Below, in pieces: positions 56,706 to 64,000 of a stretch of DNA of 64,000 bases. The stretch's first letter is position 1. Each line of letters opens with the position of its first letter. Both the position numbers and the translations under genes were made by a program. A model generated the notes under the pieces. That model searched no databases, was not told the origin of the DNA, and saw only the letters and a program-made list of their open reading frames with translations. The stretch is from a virus: positions 32,001 to 96,000 of the IMG/VR virus record IMGVR_UViG_3300010430_000004; one strand, 5' to 3'.

Positions 56706-58913
56706 ATGCCAAATAAGACAAAAGCAAAAATTGCAAATATAGGTGAGGCTCTTGGTAAAAAAGCTAAAGAGTTTACTTTCATTGATCCTCCTATGGTTGA
56801 CGCTCCTTTTACCCAGATACGAAACCTGGATGATTCCAATCGTCAACTCCCAGATCCTAGCAAAACCCTCAAACCTGCTATGGGCGTTGAAAGAATAGAA
56901 TTTAGCGCAATAGAACTTTCTACTAAAGAAAAATTTAACGATGGCACTTCAGTGTACAAAATGATCAAAGACGACCCCAGAGTTAGATTTTTTGGAGAAG
57001 TCGATGGTACCAATACCTTTGGAGGTTCAAAGACTGGTTTTACCATAACTTTTCTTTCTACTGCAAATGAAGGTTTTGAAGTAACTTATTTTGGTACTGG
57101 CATAAATCTTATGATCCAGCAAGCAGCCAACGATGGTAGATATATGGAGGTAGTTGCCGATGGCGTAGTGCAGCCCAATATAGTTGTTGGATCTTCTACA
57201 ATTTTAAATGTTAGGAACACTAAAGTAAGGTCAATTTATAATGCTGTAAAAGGACAAACACTAGGTATTCACACAGTTAAATTTAAAATTGGTCCATCTG
57301 GCTCTTTGCCTATTAATGGTATAGAAATACTCAACGAGTCTACTCAAATTCAAATTCCTCAAGGGGAAATTTTTGCTGCTGGAAATAAATATGCAAACGA
57401 TACTTTAGTTACAACAGATTATAATGCTGATTTTGACAATTCACCAGTTCTTAATGGTCGTGGTGGACGAGTGTCTATTTATATGACTCCCCAAGGCGAA
57501 ATTAAAAAAGCAATTCAGCAAACAGATAACACGCAATTAAATTTATCTTTAGTTGATCACTCAAATGAAGAAGTTATTAGCAGAATTAATTGGAGAGAAT
57601 TTGGCCTAAATAGAGCAGATGATTTTAGTACTCTTACTTCTAGCAATTCAGACAGGGCATTTACTCTAGACGATGGTGCTACTACCTTAATTGGAGATGA
57701 CGTTAGAACTGGAAGTACAATGGGGGTTAGACCTAGCCTTACAGGAGACAAATTAACCTTTACTTTCATTGGAACTGGACTAGACTTTTACTGCGAGCAT
57801 TCGGTAACAAGTAACACTGCTCATGAAGTTATTATCGATGGTGTATCGGTAGGAAACTTGGTTCAAATAGATTCCACCAAAACAGAAAAAATAGTTTCAG
57901 GGCTTCCCTATGGTTCTCACACTGTACAGATATCAAAGATAGATGCTTCTTCGAATATAGATATTGAATATTTTATAGTGTATGGACCTAAAAAGCCAAC
58001 TATTCCAGACAATGCCCAAGAAATTAGCGAATATTTTTTAATGGCTGATTATGACGGTACTACTGCTACTGGAACTGCTGTTGCTGATCAACTTCAAAGA
58101 CCTAAAGGTGTTTTACAAAAATGTTCAGAGAAAGAGCTGGTTTATTCTGGAACTTGGATTCAAAGTGGAGGGGTTCAGCCAGACAATCCTTCTGGATTTT
58201 TCATAAATACCTCAACCTTAAACGACTTTTACGAGTATACGTTCACAGGAACTGGTATAGTAATTCATCACGCTGGTACTGTGAGTGGCACTTATAGTTT
58301 TGAAGTTCAAATAGATGGCGCAACTAATGATGCTGGAGTAGCAAGAAGTAACGTAAGTAACGATGGTTCTGGAAATTACAGTACAACCGTAGCGACAAGT
58401 AATGCCCCTGTAAGATTAGAATTTACAGGTCTCACAATGGGCGCACATACTATTAAAGTAACTCTAAAAACTGCTGCTAGAAATATGGGAATGGGAGCTT
58501 TATATATAATAACCCCTATTCACTTCCCCAATACAAAATCTGGCTCTCAATCCATGAGCCCTGGAACTCAACTTCAAACAAAGACTGCTAGTGGTGGAGT
58601 AGATTTAGGAAAAGCTAAAGCTTGGGCCAAATACAGTACATTGGATGGCAGCATAATATCGTCACATAATGTATCGGCCATTATAGAGGTGAGTACTCAA
58701 CTTGTTAAATTTTATTGGGACACACCATTTAAAAGCGAACCAACCATTGTTGCTACCACTTCAGGTACTCAGTCTGCTATACCTAGAGGGATAGAAGACA
58801 ACGGTACAGGTTTGGCAGATGGCACAATGAAGCCAGGTGTAACTATAGGTTGCGATAGTGTTTCTAACTTTTATTCTGTTGTTGCTTACGGTGAACTGGA
58901 AGGAGAAGAATAA
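56706..58913 (+). CDS. Tail fibre protein, paralog of the C-terminal third of ORF 44741
   Basis: Shared APFT, LKP.xGxERI, DHSNEE, RAFTLDDG, KIVSGLPYG; C-terminal AKAWA module. Confidence 0.7.
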   Translation: MPNKTKAKIANIGEALGKKAKEFTFIDPPMVDAPFTQIRNLDDSNRQLPDPSKTLKPAMGVERIEFSAIELSTKEKFNDGTSVYKMIKDDPRVRFFGEVDGTNTFGGSKTGFTITFLSTANEGFEVTYFGTGINLMIQQAANDGRYMEVVADGVVQPNIVVGSSTILNVRNTKVRSIYNAVKGQTLGIHTVKFKIGPSGSLPINGIEILNESTQIQIPQGEIFAAGNKYANDTLVTTDYNADFDNSPVLNGRGGRVSIYMTPQGEIKKAIQQTDNTQLNLSLVDHSNEEVISRINWREFGLNRADDFSTLTSSNSDRAFTLDDGATTLIGDDVRTGSTMGVRPSLTGDKLTFTFIGTGLDFYCEHSVTSNTAHEVIIDGVSVGNLVQIDSTKTEKIVSGLPYGSHTVQISKIDASSNIDIEYFIVYGPKKPTIPDNAQEISEYFLMADYDGTTATGTAVADQLQRPKGVLQKCSEKELVYSGTWIQSGGVQPDNPSGFFINTSTLNDFYEYTFTGTGIVIHHAGTVSGTYSFEVQIDGATNDAGVARSNVSNDGSGNYSTTVATSNAPVRLEFTGLTMGAHTIKVTLKTAARNMGMGALYIITPIHFPNTKSGSQSMSPGTQLQTKTASGGVDLGKAKAWAKYSTLDGSIISSHNVSAIIEVSTQLVKFYWDTPFKSEPTIVATTSGTQSAIPRGIEDNGTGLADGTMKPGVTIGCDSVSNFYSVVAYGELEGEE

Positions 58914-59299
58914 TGGCTAAATTATATAAAGATTCTGAAGACAATATAGTGAGTATAATTTCTGTCAATGGTACTATACCCGATGGTTACACTGAACTTA
59001 TAGCTGAAGAAATTGACGCTGCTGAATTACAACGTTGCAAGGATAGCAAAATAGCAGATATTAAAATGAAAAGAGATATTAAACTTTTAGCAAACGATAA
59101 AGAATGGATCATAGCCTCTAAAAGTGGCAACGATACAGTTTCTATTGTTGCAACTAGAGACGCTTTGCTTGCTGATGTTGAAACGGCAGAAACAGATATT
59201 GCCGCTTTAACCACTAAAGAAGAAGTCAAGGCTTTTTGGTTATTTCCTGAAGACGAACCAGCACCTGAGCCAGAGCCTGAAGAGGAGCCTGAACCATGA
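58913..59299 (+). CDS. Tail fibre assembly chaperone-like protein
   Basis: IKMKRDIKL...RDAL pattern; follows the fibre genes; PE-repeat tail. Confidence 0.55.
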   Translation: MAKLYKDSEDNIVSIISVNGTIPDGYTELIAEEIDAAELQRCKDSKIADIKMKRDIKLLANDKEWIIASKSGNDTVSIVATRDALLADVETAETDIAALTTKEEVKAFWLFPEDEPAPEPEPEEEPEP

Positions 59300-59664
59300 A
59301 ATTTGGAATAGTTTGTCAGAAAACATCAAAAGTTTTTAAAATATATGAATCAGATGAGCCAAAAGATTCTACAAAATTCTGGGACTATAAGTGGACCAGC
59401 ACTGAAGGCCATTGTGAGCACATACAATTACACAACGATTTAGATGAAAGCTCTATTGAAGAGCTAAACGCAGAATTGAACAATCTAGAATCTAAAATGG
59501 TAAAAATTCAAATAGGAATATCTAGAGTTCCTACTGGAGAAATGGAAGAAGCTCGCGACGATGAAGGTGTTATCATATTAAATGAAAATAACAATCCAAC
59601 AATGGTACCTAGCTATATTGACCAACCCACTTTACAAGACGTAAAAAGAATAGTTAGAAAATAA
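59296..59664 (+). CDS. Hypothetical tail-associated protein
   Basis: 122 aa, coupled. Confidence 0.55.
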   Translation: MKFGIVCQKTSKVFKIYESDEPKDSTKFWDYKWTSTEGHCEHIQLHNDLDESSIEELNAELNNLESKMVKIQIGISRVPTGEMEEARDDEGVIILNENNNPTMVPSYIDQPTLQDVKRIVRK

Positions 59665-60260
59665 TGTGGAAATTTATATTGTCTCTTTTTAAGGGGTCAA
59701 CCAAAACAACACCTAAAGCTAAACCTAAGAAAACAGAAAGAGAAATAATAGAAGAAATTTCTAAAATCATACAGGAATCAGAAATGAGCAGTGCTAAAAA
59801 TCCAGATTATAAAGTTACATTAAAAGAATTCTTAAAAGGTCGAGCAAACTTTGACAAACTTGACGCTGATATTCAGAAAAATATTGAAGAAACTCTTGAG
59901 AAAATAAACAAGGTTAGAAATAAATATGGCAAAGCCATGAAAGTCAATGATGGCCTTAGAATCAAAGAAGGATATAAGGGTTCTGGAGCACCAACTAGTA
60001 AACATTTCAAGGGCCAAGCCATTGATATTGACGACAACGATGCTGGTGACTTTGCTATTTGGTGTATAGCTAATTTAGATTTCTTAGCTTCTGTTGGTTT
60101 ATTTATGGAAGACTTTAGATGGACCAATGGCTGTGGATCATGGGTGCATTTTCAAACAGTTCCACCTAGAAGTGGCAAGAGAGTTTTCATACCCAATTCA
60201 TCACCAGCTTGTAATCCTAAGTTATGGGATGGAAAATACGACAAGAAACTTAACGTATAG
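59664..60260 (+). CDS. Endolysin, peptidase M15 family
   Basis: GLR...GAPTSKHFKGQAIDI...WVHFQ. Confidence 0.85.
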   Translation: MWKFILSLFKGSTKTTPKAKPKKTEREIIEEISKIIQESEMSSAKNPDYKVTLKEFLKGRANFDKLDADIQKNIEETLEKINKVRNKYGKAMKVNDGLRIKEGYKGSGAPTSKHFKGQAIDIDDNDAGDFAIWCIANLDFLASVGLFMEDFRWTNGCGSWVHFQTVPPRSGKRVFIPNSSPACNPKLWDGKYDKKLNV

Positions 60261-60492
60261 TATAATACAAAAGTATTCCAGCTTGACAACCAGCTATAGC
60301 GTATTGGGCAATCAGAGCCTTATCTTTACTGGTCTTATAGACATAGAAACATAAAATAAACATTGAAATAAACCACATAGATAACCATGAAGGGTCCATG
60401 CCCTTGCCGTGGCCTTGCTTAATAACTAACAATACCTGTGGCATTGAACAAGCCACTGCAAGAAAAGATCCAAGATATCCTAAATGTTTCAT
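60250..60492 (-). CDS. PQ-loop / SemiSWEET-like membrane protein
   Basis: 80 aa, three TM segments, SMPQV motif. Confidence 0.75.
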   Translation of the reverse strand: MKHLGYLGSFLAVACSMPQVLLVIKQGHGKGMDPSWLSMWFISMFILCFYVYKTSKDKALIAQYAIAGCQAGILLYYTIR

Positions 60493-60589
60493 TTAATTCT
60501 CTTAAGAATAACCTTTTTAGGTTTTGTAATTTTCTTATAAAGATAAATAGATATAAGAGAAAAAACCAAAAATATATAGCCGAAATAAA

Positions 60590-60841
60590 TTAATGCCATT
60601 CTAGCTCTAATTGTCCGTTGTTTTCTTCGTTAACCATAGAGTATACTGAAATTCCCATATCTGCTACTTGTCTTTCAAATTCTCTAAGCTTAGAAGTTTC
60701 GCAAATAACTATACAGTTAAAGAAACCAAGCTTTGCGTGTTTCATTACTATTTTTTCTACTTCTTTCATTGTAGAGCAAATCTTATCGTGGCTTTCTTTA
60801 ACAGCTTTAAGTGAAATCTCTTTTAGTTCATTTCTTTTCAT
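60590..60841 (-). CDS. Hypothetical protein
   Basis: 83 aa, AGGAG RBS. Confidence 0.6.
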   Translation of the reverse strand: MKRNELKEISLKAVKESHDKICSTMKEVEKIVMKHAKLGFFNCIVICETSKLREFERQVADMGISVYSMVNEENNGQLELEWH

Positions 60842-60860
60842 AAAATTCTCCTACACAAAA

Positions 60861-60874
60861 TAATATCGATATTA
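60861..60874. promoter_or_regulatory. Bidirectional middle promoter TAATATCGATATTA
   Basis: Perfect palindrome of the CGATATTA box between divergent genes. Confidence 0.65.
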
Positions 60875-60894
60875 ATACATAAGAGGAGTATATT

Positions 60895-61515
60895 TTGGAA
60901 AAAGAAACGAATAATTCTAAAGAATTTGACAAGATTGATCAAGAATTTCTAGAATTTGAAACAAAATACAATACCGATGGTGAACTTGTTTACAAATTTA
61001 AAGAAATTGTAGGTAGCCACCCAGATATTGAAGACTTCTTATATGTAGAGGGCGACGACATTTATTATACTAAGGGCGAAGAATTCCTTAGATATAGAAT
61101 GCCACAATCAAAGAAAAACAAAAGAGCAGAACTAACATACAAAACTAAACATGGCAACAAAAATAATATTGCTAGAACTGAAGTTAATTTAAGAGTAGAC
61201 CCCAATGACCACGCTACTGTAGAAAAATTTGTCAATATTCTTGGTTATGAACAAAATTTTAGAATCACTAAGATTTGTCATATATACTATACCAAAGAAG
61301 CTAATCTAGTTTTTTATAGCATTATTGACCATGCCAACAAATCTAAGTCTATGAGCCATTTCATAGAAATTGAAGTAAACGAAGAATTGGCCACTGGCCT
61401 CACTGAAGAAGAAAATTGGGATATTATTAGAAAGTGGGAAGGCGTTATGGCCCCCCTTGGAGTTCTTGCTCAGAAGAGATTAAGAAAATCACTATTTGAA
61501 ATGTATAGGAAATAA
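60895..61515 (+). CDS. CYTH-domain (class IV adenylate cyclase / triphosphate tunnel) protein
   Basis: EFETKY, FLRYR, LTYK, RTE, FIEIE. Confidence 0.8.
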   Translation: MEKETNNSKEFDKIDQEFLEFETKYNTDGELVYKFKEIVGSHPDIEDFLYVEGDDIYYTKGEEFLRYRMPQSKKNKRAELTYKTKHGNKNNIARTEVNLRVDPNDHATVEKFVNILGYEQNFRITKICHIYYTKEANLVFYSIIDHANKSKSMSHFIEIEVNEELATGLTEEENWDIIRKWEGVMAPLGVLAQKRLRKSLFEMYRK

Positions 61516-61516
61516 T

Positions 61517-61807
61517 ATGCCTTATTTAAAGCGCAAAAGAAGACCTAATATTTTTAAAAAATACGATGATGATTCTATTCAGATAGATGGCCATGTTGTT
61601 TTTGCTGATAGTGTAGAAAACGGCGGTGATTTACAATATGCTATTGCTGAAATTATAAATCTTATGTTAAAAAAATTGCCAGACAATTATGCAAGTAAAG
61701 AAATGATAATGGGAGCTTTATCTGGTGCAGATAAAGAGTTTTACAGAAAAGTAGTTGCACCTTATGAAGACAAAAAAATCGAAGAAAATGGAGCAGTATA
61801 TGACTAA
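61517..61807 (+). CDS. Conserved phage protein (DUF6899-like)
   Basis: MPY...GDLQYAI...EFYR...PYEDKKIEENG. Confidence 0.6.
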   Translation: MPYLKRKRRPNIFKKYDDDSIQIDGHVVFADSVENGGDLQYAIAEIINLMLKKLPDNYASKEMIMGALSGADKEFYRKVVAPYEDKKIEENGAVYD

Positions 61808-62024
61808 AGAACAACAGCAAATTATAAATAAATTCATTCTCGCTTTAACTAAAGCTGAAGCTTTTGTTCCAGAAGTTATGTTACCTGAAGATATGTGCAT
61901 TTCAAAAGAAAGCAAAGGTTCTTTGGCTATGATTAGTGTAGCCAAAATTATGTCTGAGTGGAAAAAGTGCAGAGTAGAGTTAGACAAAACTCAAGATTTT
62001 TCTGGAGAAAGCGATGAAAAATAA
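61800..62024 (+). CDS. Hypothetical protein
   Basis: GGAG RBS before MTKEQ. Confidence 0.55.
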   Translation: MTKEQQQIINKFILALTKAEAFVPEVMLPEDMCISKESKGSLAMISVAKIMSEWKKCRVELDKTQDFSGESDEK

Positions 62025-62715
62025 AACAGTAATTTTGGACGTTGATGACATTATTCTTAAATTTATTGAAGGGTTCAATAGATACTTAGTCACTGTACGG
62101 GCCGATATAAAGATCAAACCTCATTATCTCCCTAAGGTTTGGGGTTTTACAGAGCTTGGTGACATTAGCAAAGAAATTAACGAATATATCAATACCTATG
62201 CCGATGGTGGACAAATAAGTTGTGACGGTGTAAAAATAAGCTTTGGAAAACTTTACGATGGTGCTGCTGATTTTACTAACAAGATCAAAGAAATGGGCCA
62301 CGATGTTGTTCTTCTAACTGCTCACCCATCTCACAGAATTATTGAAAGAATTAATAACTTAAAAAGTCAGGGTTTGAAGTTTGACCATATTTATTGTACC
62401 GCTGCTCACGATGCTGATGGTAATAAAGTGTACCACTCTAAATCAGATTTCATTGAGGCTCTTGGATATACTGATGAAAACTTTTTATTTGCTGACGATA
62501 AAGCTGCTACAATTATGGAAATGCTTGGTAGATTTAAAAATGCCGATTTGTTTACCCTAGATAGAGACTATAACAAAGAAGCCCTTGTAGAGTCAGCTAA
62601 TTTATTTGATGAAGACAGAGAAAGGTTAAATATAATTCCAGGAGGGAATAATATTATGCCAAGCAATCAAATAGCCCTTCTATACGAACAAATATTACAA
62701 AAACTGGAGAAATAA
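62014..62715 (+). CDS. HAD-family phosphatase / 5'-nucleotidase-like
   Basis: LDVDD, LLTA, K, FADD motifs. Confidence 0.8.
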   Translation: MKNKTVILDVDDIILKFIEGFNRYLVTVRADIKIKPHYLPKVWGFTELGDISKEINEYINTYADGGQISCDGVKISFGKLYDGAADFTNKIKEMGHDVVLLTAHPSHRIIERINNLKSQGLKFDHIYCTAAHDADGNKVYHSKSDFIEALGYTDENFLFADDKAATIMEMLGRFKNADLFTLDRDYNKEALVESANLFDEDRERLNIIPGGNNIMPSNQIALLYEQILQKLEK

Positions 62716-63260
62716 TGCTTATAGCCTTTGTTGGATCACCTTGTTCTGGCAAGACTACAGCTGCTGCTGCCTTATTTTCTGAATTGAAAAACATGGGCAA
62801 GCCTGCTGAGTTCTTTCCTGAGTATGCTAGAGAATATATTATGAAGAAAAGATTCACTGAAAAGACAAGTGAACTAAATGAACAAGATCAGTTAAATATT
62901 TATGATGGGCAAAAAGGCATAGAAGAATCATATAAAGTAATGAGCCCTAATTCCATAACTATTACCGATGGTTCTACTCTCAATTCATATTTTTATGGTT
63001 TAAACAAATATGTAAAGCTGGAAGAAGAACTTCATAGATATGATGTTATTTTCTTTTGTCGTGGTTTAAAAAATAATGATCAAGATGATAATCGTGTTCA
63101 CGATGAAGATTTTTCTAAACAAATAGACAAGCAGATGGCTAAAAAAATACACAAATATATCAATAATATAAGCGAAGATTCAAAAAAGATCTGTACTCTT
63201 TGGGGCAACAGAAAGCAACGAATGAAGACAGCACTGGAATTCTTGAATGAAGTTTCGTAA
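62715..63260 (+). CDS. AAA_28 / NadR-type P-loop kinase
   Basis: GSPCSGKTT, PEYAREY, ITD, YD, R. Confidence 0.8.
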   Translation: MLIAFVGSPCSGKTTAAAALFSELKNMGKPAEFFPEYAREYIMKKRFTEKTSELNEQDQLNIYDGQKGIEESYKVMSPNSITITDGSTLNSYFYGLNKYVKLEEELHRYDVIFFCRGLKNNDQDDNRVHDEDFSKQIDKQMAKKIHKYINNISEDSKKICTLWGNRKQRMKTALEFLNEVS

Positions 63261-64000
63261 AGTATCACCTACAAAAGCTTATATTGTAGATTATACTGAA
63301 GCTGAGTTTGCTGATCTTGAAAAGCATTGCAAATACACCAATAGTAGTGTTGGCTTTCAATTATCAAAACACATGAAAAATACCAGATACAGGAACTGGT
63401 GTGCAGCAAACAATAGCTCTAAATGGGAAGATACCAAAAATGAGCTAATAGCCAAAAAAGATCATTCACTATTGCAAAGAGACAAAGAAGGTTGGCACCT
63501 TTACCCAGGCTACTTGGGCTATTTGCCTAAGAAAATAAAAGTGGAAGTTGAAGACAATTCAACCTACCCAGAATTCAAACTTCTGGCTTGGAAACACAAG
63601 TTTCCCCATGAGCTGTATAATTGTCAACAAGAGACCATTGATCTCATGTTAAAGAACCCTCACTGCCACGCCGAACTTGCCACTGGTATTGGTAAAACTA
63701 TCACAATCATTACCCTTGCCCAACAAACAGGCAACACTATTATTGTTACTCCATCTAAGGATCTATTTAAGGATCTTGTTAAAAAATTCACCTACTATCT
63801 TGGAGCAAACAACGTAGGAACGTATGGAGATGGAAAAAAGAAAATAGGAAAACCTGTAACTATATGTATAGCCAAGTCGTTGACAATGATCAAGCCGAAT
63901 ACTCTTGAATGGGAATTCTTTAGTAACGCGTCAGTGGTCATAGGTGATGAGTGCCACACACTGGCAGCAGCAACACTAGAGAAGACATTTCACAATGTAC
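63247..64000 (+). CDS. SF2 DExH helicase (UvsW-like), partial
   Basis: Manual translation from ATG 63247: Q motif, ELATGIGKT, IVTPS, GDECH; open to the window end. Confidence 0.8.
   Translation, partial: MKFRKVSPTKAYIVDYTEAEFADLEKHCKYTNSSVGFQLSKHMKNTRYRNWCAANNSSKWEDTKNELIAKKDHSLLQRDKEGWHLYPGYLGYLPKKIKVEVEDNSTYPEFKLLAWKHKFPHELYNCQQETIDLMLKNPHCHAELATGIGKTITIITLAQQTGNTIIVTPSKDLFKDLVKKFTYYLGANNVGTYGDGKKKIGKPVTICIAKSLTMIKPNTLEWEFFSNASVVIGDECHTLAAATLEKTFHNV

Noticed and set aside
50400-58913. Diversity-generating retroelement (TR/VR) in the fibre paralogs
   Set aside because: Both copies are coding, differences are not adenine-specific, and no reverse transcriptase is in the window
1-64000. Stop-codon reassignment
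   Set aside because: Long genes are intact in the standard code and TAA, TAG and TGA all act as stops at coupled junctions

Overview
A 64-kb, AT-rich segment of a large contractile-tailed (myovirus-like) bacteriophage genome, read in the standard code. Layout: (i) 1-1.5 kb, replication genes (partial DnaB/RecA-type helicase and an upstream partner) behind short tandem repeats; (ii) 1.5-12.3 kb, a leftward early/host-takeover module of small, often acidic ORFs, a Ser/Thr-kinase-domain protein, Zn-peptidases and a collagen-like lipoprotein, driven by four sigma28(FliA)-type and four sigma70-type promoters that all carry a shared palindromic operator; (iii) 12.3-13.2 kb, a non-coding strand-switch region; (iv) 13.2-23 kb, a rightward region where a single-box promoter motif (YGATAYTA) repeatedly precedes structured non-coding segments, including a complete type I hammerhead ribozyme inside a 23-bp stem and two tRNA mimics with abnormal anticodon arms; (v) 23-60 kb, the tail/baseplate/fibre module and an M15 endolysin under a second motif (AATCTTWA); (vi) 60-64 kb, nucleotide-metabolism genes and a partial SF2 helicase. 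The main findings are the four-class promoter cascade that starts with the host flagellar sigma28 (suggesting a motile, possibly predatory Bdellovibrionota-like host, by inference) and the cluster of about eleven structured RNA elements. All protein calls come from motif recognition by eye, and all RNA structures from manual pairing.
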